A model generated the notes under the pieces. That model saw only the letters and a list, made by a program, of their open reading frames with translations. It searched no databases and had not been told where the DNA came from. The position numbers and the translations under genes were made by a program. A DNA stretch of 61,000 nt, counting the filler, from Sphacelaria rigidula (taxonomy: Eukaryota), in NCBI GenBank assembly GCA_964200075.2. It is 9 parts of 9 records of this genome, joined end to end, with 100 filler letters (N's around TTAATTAATTAA, not from the genome) between each part and the next. Parts side by side here need not be neighbours in the genome. Positions count along the whole stretch, not along the records: positions 1 to 6,690 come from CAXNAA020018606.1; positions 6,791 to 13,480 come from CAXNAA020018607.1; 7 more parts are not named here. One strand, 5' to 3'. Positions within the stretch are counted from its first letter, which is position 1; each line of letters opens with the position of its first letter. This document shows, in pieces, positions 1-12,661 of this stretch.

Positions 1-1087
1 TTTGTCCCTTTCCAGGGGGCGGTGGGTGGGGCACTTAGCCTAAACCTCCCCAAAAAACACAAGAATTATCCCAACCCTTAAGCTAACCCCCCCTATACTC
101 AACCATACATAACGTGTCCCCTATACTAAAATCAGTGTAATAGTGACCCCCACACTAAAACCAAGACACTTGCGGGCAAAAACAACAGTAGGGCCCGAAC
201 CCAACCCCCCTCTACTCAACGATCCATGTCGGGTCCCCCATACTCAAACCAGTATAATAGTGACCACACACTAAAACTAAGACACTTGGGTTCCCACACT
301 AAAACCAAGACACTTGCGGGGCAAAAAAAGTGTCTGTTGGTGTCGGGGAATAGCCAGCGCAACCTCCACTACAATTGCCATGCGACGGCCCACTGAAAGC
401 TCGCCGCTCTTGGGGCGAGGTGGGGGGGTACTTGGGGGCGTAACCATCGTTTGTAGTGTGTGTGGGGTAGGTGTGGGGTGGTAATCACGAATTATCTCAA
501 GAATTCTCAAAAAAGAATCTAAAAAAGAAATAAAAAAAGGGCCAAAATGGGCATATTTCGACCTAATTTTAGTGTGTAACACGGTCTTCGTTTTTTTTTT
601 TTTTAAGTCGGCCTTGTATGTGTTTTGCCTTTCTAACGCACCGAACCAAAGGTGAAACGTCAACGTGTAAGTACCCAAACGAATTCACGCGCAATTCGGC
701 ACAGACTTATGAGACCGAGGAAGTACGAGGCTTCGACCCGCAGGGGTCGTACACACCGTAGTTGTTCCTCGTACGTATGCAAAGATTTCAGCAGGTAGTG
801 GCGAAGGATGTACCGTAGAATACGGCGTGATTCACCTGAACGTGGTCCCCGTGTGTATTAACACCTTCGGTTGATTCGTTTTCGGCCATTCTTGGCACCA
901 TACTAGTCTCTACAGCACTGAACCGGGGTACGTCGTATTCCACACCTACCGTTAACCCTTTTGAAACCGATGACGGAAAAGTGACGATTTCCAAACTCCC
1001 ATATGTGAGCTTTCGTCACCGGGAAAACCTCACTTCGAGTTCTGTGCACGAATCTGTCACATGAGTATACCGGGGCACAACGCCCAT

Positions 1088-1251
1088 ACATGGGGATAGA
1101 TTTTTGTCGTGAAATGTGAAAACCAATCAATCAGAGGCCCTTCAGTGAGGAATCGGCGGAATGTAGCGCCAATGAAATGCGACCTCCGTAGTGAATTATG
1201 TAGTGGAAAATGCTTGTGATTGGCTCGCACACTAGAGTCACACCTGCAGTG
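1088..1251. mobile_element. Terminus of a CACTA-like element (CACTG end)
   Basis: Homologous to 18811-18962; both end ..CACCTGYAGTG|TAC, i.e. CACTRCAGG on the minus strand. Confidence 0.6.
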
Positions 1252-1717
1252 TACGCGGGGACGGATAGAACAGCAGTGGCGAAACGAAGCTCCCTCAACC
1301 ATGACCCCATGGCAAAGGGTTGCTGCACGCCTATGGACTACACGTTTTAGTTTTGTGGAAGTCGTGCCAATCGTCGCGCGCCCATCTGGCGTCCTCCCAC
1401 ACCTCCTAAAACTACCCTCCGGAAAACCCGCGGGACTAATATGGTCAGCGAACAAGAAATCGGAGCAACAGCATGGGCGGTCAAGGAATTCGTAGGAAAC
1501 CACTCCGCAGTTCTTCACCACTACTTCGACACTGACCCTGAACGTCATTCCGCCGCGTACCCGTCGCGCGTCTGTACTTACCTTGTACTTTGCCGGGATG
1601 ACGCCCGGCGTCGCCGACTATCCTTCGACACGGTACTCCATGTAAATGGGAATTCCGCGATTAACTTGATGGATTTCGGATGCATCGCGATGCTTGGTCT
1701 AACAAAATCGGGCGTAG

Positions 1718-4441
1718 CTTGTGATGAACTACCTGATAGTGGAAGGGTATAGAGACGCCGCGGCGCATTTTCTGGAGGAGTCGGGTACGCAGCCGAAGGT
1801 GGACCTCCGCACGATCGAAGACAGGGTGGCCATTCGAAAGGTTGGTGTTTGCAGGCTTGGCTGCCGTGGCGGCAGGAACCCCGAATCCACTCACGTAAAG
1901 TGCTGGACTTCGGCGATTTATCCATCAATCATAACGGCTGTCATCACGCCCATGATATTTGGCTGTGCAGTTTTTAGTTGTCCTTCCCCGTACCTGAAAC
2001 AACCGAAACATTTATTAAAAGCAACACACCCCGCGCTTGCCTTGTCTCTTATTCTGTCCGAATATTGGCAGGCGATAATGGACGGGGATGTGGTCCAGGC
2101 TATGAACCTTGCCAACGAAATGGACCCCATGATGCTGGACAGCGACAGGTGACTGCTTTGTGTTGATGGCGTGAGGCACGAGAAACTCGTGGGTGTGGGA
2201 CGAAGCGGGTCGGTTAAAGCAGTTCTCTAAAGCGCATACCTGTACGATGTGGCTTCACGATTCCCCTCGATCACGTTGCAATTGAACGTCTCTCCTGGGG
2301 GGACATTTTCGGCCAACGCAACACGTGAACACATACTCACAGAACGGGAAGCTCTCTAGCATCATCGCAATACCTGTCTCGTCACGTACCGGATTTCCCT
2401 TCTAACGTTCATATGTAGGACTCTCCGTTTTGGACTGCTGAAGCAACGCCTACTTGAGCTGGTACGACGGGGTGAGACGGAGGAAGCGCTCAACTTTGCG
2501 GCGGAGCGATTGGCTCCTGAGGGGGCGGGAGACCCAGCACTGCTGCGGGAAGTGGAGGAAGCGATAACATTGCTGGCTTTTGAGGTATGCGTGGGCTTTT
2601 ACACGTACACGATGGTGGGATACTTTGCACACGTCGGACAGATCATGATCTGTCTGAAAATAGAAAATAGCTGCTTCTCGGTATGCTGAGCACGCCGAGT
2701 GGCGCAACAGTTGTGTTTTGTCTTTTCTCCCTCCGCGGTTACATAATTTGTGTTTTTGAACCAATGGATCTGAGAGTCCGTATGATATTTTCACATCGCG
2801 AGCATGGTCTAGGGAGGACAGAGAAAAATACCAGGGCTCTTAACGTTACACGTTACACGTTACGTGAAAAAATGGGACGTATGAAAATCATACGTTCCGT
2901 CACGTCACATTTTTTACCGGTACGTCATGTTACGTCGCACTTATGATGTCTTGAAAAGTTATAAGTTACGTCACGTCACAGTAACGTATGTTGAAACGTT
3001 TATTGTGACGTGTAACGAATCGTTGCGTTACGTCACACCCTTGTGACGTAACGTTCGTGACGTGTAACATACGTGTGACGTATGCCGTAGATAGCCCTGA
3101 AAAAGACCTCTACCCGCAGTGAATCCCGGTCTTCCGTGTACCCCAACTGACTTGGTGGTGGCTCGAGTTTTTTTTGCTCGAGGGTCTGCGATCTATCCAG
3201 TTGTTGCATTCGACAGCCTGTGCATTAAGGGACATGAGCGACATGGGATCGAGTACCTGAGAGCAGTCAAGTAATAGATTACTCTTAGCGGGCTATATGG
3301 CTGTAAAGCGTGCATATGAAACACGCATGCACCACCCCGGCTCTTGCATCCCCTTTACCTGTACAACGCATTTTTGAGCAAGATACCGTTCTGTGGTTGC
3401 GCGCAGTGCGCTGCACCACAGTAGTCCTTGGCATAGATTGGCAGGGCACTTGTTTTTATTCGGCGTGCCCTTTGACGGTGCTTCAAACTCATTTTTACCT
3501 CTACATTCTCGCACTCACTTCGCTCGGGCTCATCCGTTTTCATGTACTAGGATGTCGCGTCGTGTCCGCTTTCGGGCTTGCTGGATCTAGAGCAGCGGCA
3601 GGCGGCGGCAGGGCGATTGAATGCTGCGGTGTTGAAAAGCCAGCAACAGGAGAAAGGACCGTGGTTACCCGATATCTTGCGACAGTTGGTTTTCACTCAG
3701 GTGATGGGGACGGCGGGCAGCTCGAGGGTAAAACTAGTACGTGGTATTTTTTTTTCTCAGGATGAAAAAACCATAGTCGGTGATAAACTTCACTCTCGAG
3801 TAGATGAGTATGTTCGACCTGGTGTCCATCCCTTGTTCCCCAGAAGATGACAAGATGAAATCTCCTTCTGCTGTATCTGGGTGTATGTTCCAACATACCT
3901 GTTTGCGCTCACCTCTATCACGCATACTGTAGTCAGCCAGTTTTCGAATTGATTGATTGTCGCATCTCAACTGTTCCCCCAGGGATCCGGCCGTGGTCAC
4001 ATATGGTTGGCATACCCGAGATGAAAAATGAAATTGAAACAATCGCCGAAGAAAAGTGAACAAGACAGAAGCAAAGAACAGACGGTAGACTGACAGAAGA
4101 GAAACAGAAATGAAAATAAAACCAAAACAAAGTCAAAGACAAAGACATGACAAGAAAACTAGGAATGGCCGGCCTCGACCACATGACTTCGGTTTAAAAT
4201 ATTTTGCGCAAGAAGCACACCTCATACCCAGTGGTGAAAACGCTGAACAAAGCTAAAATCTTGATTGCCCACCCACCCTCATCCAACCCACACCCCCACG
4301 TCGCCCCCGTGCTGTATGACTACCCTGCTGCTCCCGCAGAATGCACTCTCTGAGAAGGTGGATTTTCCTCGAATAGAAGGCATAGGTGGAGGTAGCGAGG
4401 TGGATTTGGACGTGAACGGCGGGGCAGAGGGTCCCCGATGA
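1718..4441 (+). CDS. GID8: GID8/TWA1-like CTLH-complex subunit (LisH-CTLH-CRA); 5' exon not identified
   Basis: Exons 1718-1840, 2072-2148, 2419-2584, 3551-3700 and 4340-4441 have AG/GT boundaries with consistent phases. Spliced product LVMNYLIVEGYRDAAAHFLEESG..DLRTIEDRVAIRKAIMDGDVVQAMNLANEMDPMML..LKQRLLELVRRGETEEALNFAAERLAPEG..EVEEAITLLAFEDVASCPLSGLLDLEQRQAAAGRLNAAVLKSQ..LPDILRQLVFTQNALSEKVDFPRI..* follows the LisH/CTLH/CRA layout of GID8. Confidence 0.92.
2832..3099. mobile_element. hAT-type MITE in GID8 intron
   Basis: CAGGGCT..AGCCCTG termini; flanking 8-mers AAAAATAC/AAAAAGAC (TSD, 1 mismatch); interior packed with (GTT/GTC)ACG/ACGT motifs. Confidence 0.75.
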
Positions 4442-5155
4442 CTGCTCGCCTTATGTGTTACCTTAGGGTTTTGTATATAGTGTTTTTCATTTTGTGGCCC
4501 TTCTTGCTGCTGTTTTTTTGGCGCATTAGCTCCGCCGGCCCACGGCGCAACAGTAAGTGATTTGCGACAGGCTTCGGAGGGCGACGCCCTATGCGTGGAG
4601 GGTGTGCGTGCGCTCAAGTGTTTCCACTGGTGACGCTCCGGTAAAGGTTTTTTTATTTTCTCGATATATCTTGGAGACGTCCCACTGTAGGGGAGCTCAC
4701 GTATTATTAGTGAAATGCAAATGACGAGTCGAACCACGTGCCCATTCAAAGAGCCCCACTATCGGCTGCGCCTTCGCGACGCGCCAAAAGGTACGACGCG
4801 GCCGCCCGTTCAGCTTTCATCTCCTTGAAGCGGCCTTTTGCTCTGTCGCGAGGGAGATTCGCTACAGTACCATGTCCCGAGTCGAAAAAATGTACACATT
4901 TTCGAGATATTCTGCCAAGGGCTGCGACACTTCGTGCCTTCGTGCAGGGACGGATGGATTGCACCTTGAACGCGGACTGTTTGTGTTACTCTTTCACTCT
5001 CCATGACCTTGCAGCTGGCACCGTGCAAGCATCTCCGAAGGATCCTCGTTTGCAAGACAACTTGCCGTGCGCCAAGACTCCGTTGCTGTTCAGCGATCGC
5101 GATTTTTGGGGCAGTTGGGCACCAAATATCACTGTGCAGACAATGGGTATCAAGG

Positions 5156-5246
5156 GGGGGTGTACTCATTTGTTGCTTGCCTGAGTCATTTAACCATTGA
5201 TCACGCATGCCTTTCGAGACGGAGCGCCGTTCTTGAATAAAAACAC
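5156..5246 (-). mobile_element. 68-nt structured repeat, copy with 12-bp TSD
   Basis: Reverse-complement copy flanked by TGGGTATCAAGG at 5144-5155 and 5247-5258. Confidence 0.8.
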
Positions 5247-5649
5247 TGGGTATCAAGGAAAGGGGTAAATGCCGTCATGCATGGAGCAGCAGTATCAACG
5301 TTGACACGTGATATGTGAACATTTGAACATTTCGGCAGAGTTTTACTGGTGCCCAAGAGTGTGAACGCAATATTTGTGGCGTGGTGTACACGATGGAGTC
5401 GCTCTTTCCTGCCTCGGTGAAGTAAGCTCGGGTTCTGGCTCCCGTAATAATAGAGGAGTTACGTGGACATACGGAGCTTGGCTCTCATCTCACCTCCGAA
5501 GGCGGTGTGCACTCTCGGCTTGCCGCTCATTCGTGCGACCTAATGCGTTGGAGACTAATGTTCTCTTGAAACACGTGTTGCAGCACCGTAGTGGATGTGT
5601 TGTTCGTCGAAGACCGCTTCTTGCGGTACGAAAGAAATATCCCAACAAA

Positions 5650-5865
5650 GATCCTGCGTTTCAGGTCGTGTCTCATCAAATTGTTTTTGACTCGAAAACG
5701 TACGGTGGAATCAAATTTGCTCGTGCGTGATCCGTCCACGGCATTCATGTTCTCAACAATCTCAGAAAATTAGTAGCGTGGACGAATCAGAAACGAGCGA
5801 ATTCGATTCGACCGCACGTTTTCGACACGAAAACAATTTGATAAGACAAGGCCTCAGCGCCGGTT
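5650..5865. repeat. Degenerate inverted repeat (MITE-like core)
   Basis: ~5650-5745 and ~5775-5865 are diverged reverse complements (TCAAATTGTTTT..CGAAAACGT.CGGT / ACCG.ACGTTTTCG..AAAACAATTTGA). Confidence 0.6.
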
Positions 5866-6690
5866 TTTGCTGGAATATGACCCTGGCAAATTGTGCCTCT
5901 CGGAAAGATTTGCTATACTTTCCAACTAGATTCTAGCGCACTTTTCTGGTTGTTCGTGCACCTTGTTTAATTTTTGGCCGAATTTTCGCTTTCTAGTAAT
6001 CGAACCCCCCCCCCCCCCGCCCCAAGTTACACGTGTTCTAGATCTCGAAGATTTTTGTGGCCTCGTTTGAGATATCATCAGCCCGGGGAAAAGTAAAAGC
6101 TAGGTGCGCGAAAGAAAGTGCCTCGCATACTCCTTTGGTTGTAAAAAATATTGCGATCTACCGAGGAGGCACAATCCGCGAAGGCTCCCGGCAACATCGG
6201 CGCTGCATCCTTCAAGAGGGCATCTTTGGAGATTTTTTTTCGATTTACTATGAGAGAGTCATCCTAAGATAGGGGGGGAGGTATTTTGGGCCACTTCTTG
6301 CACGAAGTTTCAAGCCAAACCGTCCTTGAAAGGAGCAATGGTTGCTCGAACGAGCTTGCTATAGAAATATAGTGCTTGTTCATGTCGATTGACACCGTTT
6401 TTAACCAAATACAAGCGCACCGCGAGTAACACCGTTTTCGTGAGATGAGAGTAGTAGAGCGCTGTTTGAGAGTGACTTTGATTATTCGCTGGAACTTACA
6501 CATTCTTTCATCCCGTGTGTGCTTCTCTTTGCCCCCATCATTGGCGTGTGCTTACAGATACACGTCGATATCCTACTCAGGGATATCAAAGGTCTCGGTG
6601 CCAAGCTACCACAGTAAACAGATTGGCCCTCGTGGAGGGGCATTTCGGAACTGAAACGATTCATTCACTAATTGACCGCTTTTGACTCTC

Positions 6691-6790
6691 NNNNNNNNNN
6701 NNNNNNNNNNNNNNNNNNNNNNNNNNNNNNNNNNTTAATTAATTAANNNNNNNNNNNNNNNNNNNNNNNNNNNNNNNNNNNNNNNNNNNN
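6691..6790. other. Artificial contig spacer
   Basis: N44-TTAATTAATTAA-N44. Confidence 0.98.
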
Positions 6791-6834
6791 CCCCCCCCTC
6801 TTTTCCTTTTGTTATATTAATTTTTTGGGGGGGT

Positions 6835-6878
<44 letters not shown>

Positions 6879-7438
6879 GACATGATCAAATAGACAAGGG
6901 CATGCCATCCAGTGGAGACACTCGACGTCTGGTTCGTGCTGTATTGTAGACTACGATATATGTAGCAGAACCATGGGCAATCGTAAAAGTAGTGGGGGAG
7001 ATGTATACTCACACACACTGTAATATGCATTATTTTGCTGTTTGTTGTTGTGCTGCAGTGCTCCTCTGTTGTGCTGCTCTATCTCGAAAGCATGTACTGT
7101 GTGCTGTGTGACAATTTTTCATGCAGAGGAGACGGAGGAATGCTCTCGTACCCCGCTGTTCTCAGGGAGGAAGCCGACGGCTAGGAAATGGGCGAGTAAA
7201 AACCGTTTCCTTGGAGTGTAGTCTCGCCACTATGCTTGGTGCAGCCATTGAGCCCGCTGGTCAACGACCCATGCACACGCGTAAGGGCGCGCTCGCCCGC
7301 CAGGATCACACACCCCAACACTCCTCGTTCGTACTACCGCACACGACACTCCATGTCCACGCCCCAGTCCTTACGACATAACCCAAGCCAAACACAGTTT
7401 ACACCCAAGGAAACACGCCATGTTGACGTGCTACATAC

Positions 7439-10245
7439 CTTCATCTCATCCGCCGCATGTGCTGCCGCCACCCCGCCGGCACCACCATCCGGACCCCTAC
7501 TCTTCAGTCCCCCACTCTCTCCCGCTTTCCTTCCAGCCGCTGAACCCTCTTCCGCTACCGCGGCTGCGCCTCCCTTAGAAGTCGTAGAATTCACATGCAA
7601 AGAGGATCTACGGCGGCGGGCGCCGCCCGCTACCAGGGACCCGCGGCGACCCCCCCCGATTGTCAGGCCGGCAACAGCCGGGTGTTCGGATAGCGTCGAC
7701 TGGATGAGGCGTACGGTGAAGCGACCGTCCACGGAGGTGGCAGGGGTGGCTCCCTCGAAAGGATTGGAAACGTTCAGAGTGACGGTTCGCGGTTCGTAAC
7801 AATCTCCGGTGATGTGAGTCACGCTGATAGGCTCCACGCTCTCCACTTTCGACCTTAGGTGTAACGAAAAGGAAGGGTCGGGGTTGCCGAAGGGTGAGAG
7901 GCTTACGCTTTTCTCCTCACGATCGAAATTGACCCTTTTCGTTGAAATGCACTTACTTCTGTCAACATGAAGTAAGGAGTGACGGTACTTTGGTACAAGG
8001 TTGGAGATTCTCCCTCGAGGTGGAATATGGGTACTGGGGGGTTTGCCGGACGTGAAGTTACTACTAAAGTCGCGAGTTCCCGTTTAAATAAAGCGTACAA
8101 CACTGTTACAGTGCATGCGACAACACCGCCGTCATTTTGGAACATGATCAATATTTTCACATGTAAAAGGGTACGTTTTTGTGTATAGCAACATACCGAA
8201 GCACCCATACTGTGACCATGCTTATACGTAGCACAGCAATCGACTCCCCATCGCCGCCTCCCTCCCGTTCCTACACCACCCGACGTATTTTGGGGATCTC
8301 AGTTGCCAGCACATTTTTCTCTCACTTGAGAGCGAACACCATGCTCGAGGCGGGTGCCATGCCGCCCTTGTTTCTCCTCGCCCAAAACGTTAGCCTAGCC
8401 TCCACCACAGAGCTAAATTTGGGCAGCAACTCCACGACAAATTCTGCCTCTCGACCACCATCGAGGTGCACCTGTCACGTGTAATATGCGATGCGACAAT
8501 ATCTACTCTTGTGAATCCAAAGCGACAAACTTTAGATATGCAACCTGAAATAGACCATGTGTTTACGGGTTGTGGGTGGGAAACACATGTACCTTCACAT
8601 CAGACTGATTTCCTCTGCTCGGTTTGCTCTCGTATCGTTTTGTTCTTTCCATCTTTTCTCTCCGTAGCGAGCGTTTTTGTGTTGTTCACCTTGGGTACTT
8701 CTACCTTGCGGATAATGACCATGACTGGGTCCCCCGGTGATCAGTTAATGTGCGACAATCAATCAAGCAATCAAGCAATCAAGCAATCAAGCAATCAAGC
8801 AATCAAGCAATCAAGCAATCAAGCAATCAACTGCAACTAAAGTTGTGTTGCTTTTTTGCACTGACCTGTACAGCGCCAGCTACGAGATGAGGCATTCTAG
8901 ACGCTGGGGAAAAAGAGAGAACAAGAACGGATAAATTCGTTGCGTACTGAGACTTGCAGTGGTGTGTTTGATCTACCCTGAACAGATCATTCTGTACATC
9001 ACGAACTAGAATAAACATGTTGAATCTTGCCGCCGCGTCTCGTTTGTTTCATTTGTAGAACTCAGTCATTTGGGCAGAATACTGCAAACTCAATATCCGC
9101 CAGATACATTCGGGCTTTTCCTCAGAAGTATCTGCATTTCGTCGTTGAAAATGTGATGGCGAGAGTGGCAGTTGAATGTAGCCTATTTGACCAGAGCCAA
9201 TGCACTGCGGAAATGCTGATCTCATCCGCAACACCAAAATGTGAGGCCTGTACCGGGTGAGAGATGGGTTGACCCCGCGACACAACGGACTTATCCTGAG
9301 GAAGGGGAGTAGTTGGAGGCCTGAGGGAGTATATATATATATATATATTATATATGACGGTAATTCGGTCCTATCGTACGAACGAATCACATAAATCATG
9401 TGTAGACTACCATCACCAGCACAGTACTACGGCACGACTCGTAAACTTGTAAACACCTCTGCGCCTTTGGCGTGGAAGTCAGTGGAGCCTTCAAGTGTGA
9501 CGTCGTATGTAATGGCCTTAGGTGAAGGGTTCTTGAGCTCGATGCTCTTGGACACCATGGTTCCCAGATTCGCTCGAAATTCCACCTCTGTTTTGGGTAT
9601 CATCTGGGGTAAAGCCTGACAAAAAACAAGAAACAAATAGCGGAAAGAGCGGCGGTAGGGGGTGTGTCTTGCAGCATGAGTCTAGCTAGCGACTGTGGCG
9701 ACGCGAATCTAAAACCTCCGACCCACCTGCGCGCATATATAGGGACAAGGTAGGCCTGATTCGTTGTAAGCCCACACATGAGGTACGGTACTTCCGAACT
9801 CTCGGGCACAACGATGTGCGGACTGGCCCGAAAAGTTCGCCTGCGACTTCAGTCAAGCACCGTCCGCTGGAAAGACCGGAAACAGGGCCGAAATCCCCCG
9901 AGCCCGCGAAAAATGAAACAAAACTAGCGTTGAGTTTGCCACATAGAATCGCGAAGCGTTCGACCCTCCAAGACAGGGTTTTCATGTACGAAACGCTCCC
10001 GTGGTAAAACACATATCCGATTACCTTGCATTCACAGTTAACGGATTTCAAGTCGGAACCAATTCGAGCGGCGGGTAAGGGAATCGCGGGTTGCGTCTGA
10101 GCATGGGGGGGGTTGCGGCGTGGACGAGAATAGACGATGTCGGACAATAATCATGCCCATAAGACAGGAGTAACGGCTCACGAGCATCTCTAGAGAGGAA
10201 GGACAAACGAAGTGATTTCCACACGTCGGCCAAGGCCCAGAAGAG

Positions 10246-10277
<32 letters not shown>

Positions 10278-12105
10278 AAATAATCGATGCAAAAATACAC
10301 GCAAAACGGTAACGCCTAGCTCCTGCAATACCGCATGTTAGCTCTCGAGTATCACCCTCCAGGCCGTGAACTCACGTCTTCCATTTCCATCACAGCTCTG
10401 ATCAAGCACATGCTGTGCTTTCTTAGGTTCTGTAGGCTTGGTTGTTTTAGTAGACGTCTGTCGTGAAGATGGGTTCTCCCTGTGGAATGGGTATTGAGGT
10501 CCATAGACGGGGCCCCCTGTCTCGTGTAGCAAGGGTATTTGGGGCATAGATCACTCCTTTACGCGAGACAAAAAATGGCTATACTAGAATGAGACAGAAA
10601 AACGTCTACTCTTGAGAAATTGCCGTGGGTTTTGACCCTCGTCGTTGAAGCGTTAGGATCGAATGTGTTGTAAATATCTGGAATGGAGATTGATTCTTCC
10701 TATCGAGTGAGATTTGAGGTCCACAAACGGGACTGTCTCGTGTACCAAGGATATTAAGTTGAGGTCACTCCTACACGCAAAACACCAAAAACACGCCACG
10801 GCACAAAACCACTGCTCTTCGATACTTCCATGGGTTCTGACCCCCGCCGTTGGAGTGCTTGGGTCGAGTTATTCGTGGGTATCATGTATAAGCCAAACAT
10901 TTGGGGTATACTGCAGTACTTCCTCTTTTCCACGACCTTCCGAAGGTCGATGGCCCCGCTGTTCGGAGCCGCTCAGTCAAGTTCTGGATGACCAGTTGCG
11001 GTTGATCGTATGTAGGGTACACGAGCTCGTGGTGTCCAGCACATATACCGTACGGGGATACATACAGGTGTTCGACGCATGTGAAAGACTGATATAGGCA
11101 AGCACTACTTTCCCTGATCAAAGAACACCAACCCTATAGGTTATGTACCACGATCTATTCTCCGAATGGTGAAAATATGCATGTGTAGTCTCTGTGTTTC
11201 CAAATATACATACACACGTTGAACAGATGCAGCGCAAGAAGAACGCCATCACGATCAGACAGGTCAAGAATATCGTCCACGGTCAGCCCGAAGTCCATCC
11301 TCAGTTTTGACATCGCGGTCAACAGCTTCGAAGCGTTTGCCTCCCGGTTCGACCCATCGCTCAGCTCCCCTGCACGTCGGTGAAGGAAAAGAGAGAACCA
11401 GGTTTGCTTCTTTTACAGTTTGTAAAATGAAATATTTTACGGCATTTAAATGAAAAACACTCAAGGCATATTTTGGGAACGGGGTACGCAACACAATCGT
11501 AACACGCAATCCAGCCCACATCTCGGAGGAGTGATGGAGTATCATTCGATGAACGCTCCATGATGCCTTCCGATCAGCATTTGCCAGGTGCCTGAAATTT
11601 TTTGCAGAGGTATTATACGTATCTGTACGATCTGACGTAATATTTGGATCATCATATATCATGCCCCCTAGTGCTTGCTAGCCAGCATTCGACTGGCCAT
11701 CATGTTTGTAGGATACGCCAATCGAGTATTCAACCCGATAGAGACGAGATGCCTGAGTCGATGGTGCCGCAACAGGTTCGCGCGGGAGTATGAGGCATCG
11801 GTGGTGGTCTCAATAGTAAAACAGCACTAAAGCCAGCTCAACCCACAGCCTTGACGACAAAACTTCATGCGACAATGGGAGGAATGAATAAGGTAACGGG
11901 GAAGCTTGTCGGGGTGTTAGCAATATGATCAAGGTCAAGCTTTCTCAAAGATTTGAAGCTCACCCGTTGAGTGCACGGGGATGAATCCGTGCAAAGCGCG
12001 GCCTTTCCCGGTGAAATGCGGCACGTGGCTGGCGACTGCTTGGCACAGGATCGCTGCGTCTTTCAGGTCGTCCGAGAAGGTCGTCACACGCTTAGGTATG
12101 CAGGT
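7439..12105 (-). CDS. CFAP47: CFAP47-like cilia/flagella-associated protein, internal fragment (calponin-homology-like region followed by Ig/ASH-like beta domains)
   Basis: Minus-strand exons 12105-11964, 11369-11218, 9615-9457, 8471-8326 and 7853-7439 splice in phase: TCIPKRVTTFSDDLKDAAILCQAVASHVP..NASKLLTAMSKLRMDFGLTVDDILDLSDRDGVLLALHLFN-ALPQMIPKTEVEFRANLGTMVSKSIELKNPSPKAITYDVTLEGSTDF..VHLDGGREAEFVVELLPKF..TLNVSNPF. Recognised from memory of CFAP47 architecture; not database-confirmed. Confidence 0.75.
8717..8830 (+). repeat. Retroposon 3' tail with (CAAGCAAT)n microsatellite
   Basis: GACCA..CTGG..CAGTTAATGTGCGACAATC followed by about 8 copies of CAAGCAAT. Related tails at 14428-14495, 17140-17200, 29255-29330(-), 42425-42495(-), 54600-54710 and 59290-59370(-). 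Confidence 0.7.
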
Positions 12106-12221
12106 CTTCGGTGGATATTTTGTTTTATAACGGCAAGCAAAAGAGGTCAAAAGAAGCGAAGTAGGAGTTTTGCGGCAGCATCTTATGGGACGGGTGTAGT
12201 AGCATCATGTTCGTTAAAATA

Positions 12222-12661
12222 GCGTCCATCTGAGGTATAGAAATCCATCTGGGATATCAGATGCGTCTGGGATACCCACCTTGGACTCGTATATTCCTCT
12301 GGGATATACATCTGAGACTCGTATTTCCCTCTGGGGTATCCATCTGGGATGTGAATACATCATCTCTGGAATATCATCTGTTTGGGATTTGAGCATCCCC
12401 CTGGATATCCATATTGCTCCGTCTCGAAAGGGATGCGTGGTCAATGGTCAAATGACTAAGGCAAGCAACAAATGAGTACGCCCCCTGGATATCCATTTGG
12501 GATATGGGCGTCTATTTGAGATATCGGCATCCCATCCAGGATATCCCAGAGGAATATCAATATCCCACACACATATCTCAAATGGACGTCCCGGATGAAT
12601 ATTCACATCCTAAATGGACGTCTATAACCCAGATGGATATGATATCCCAGCTGAGAGCCCG
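12222..12661. repeat. TGGGATATC-motif-rich MITE-like repeat hosting a 68-nt insertion
   Basis: Many GGGATAT/ATATCCC motifs in opposing orientation; right end CAGCTGAGAGCCCG. Confidence 0.55.
12413..12480 (+). mobile_element. 68-nt structured short retroposon-like repeat (copy with 16-bp TSD)
   Basis: TGCTCCGTCTCGAAAGGGATGCGTGGTCAATGGTCAAATGACTAAGGCAAGCAACAAATGAGTACG between two copies of CCCCCTGGATATCCAT (12397-12412, 12481-12496). Confidence 0.85.

Noticed and set aside
1441..1491. MVSEQEIGATAWAVKEF as the GID8 first exon
   Set aside because: Phase-compatible, but the donor is weak and it is shorter than and dissimilar to the expected N-terminus; not supportable without transcripts.
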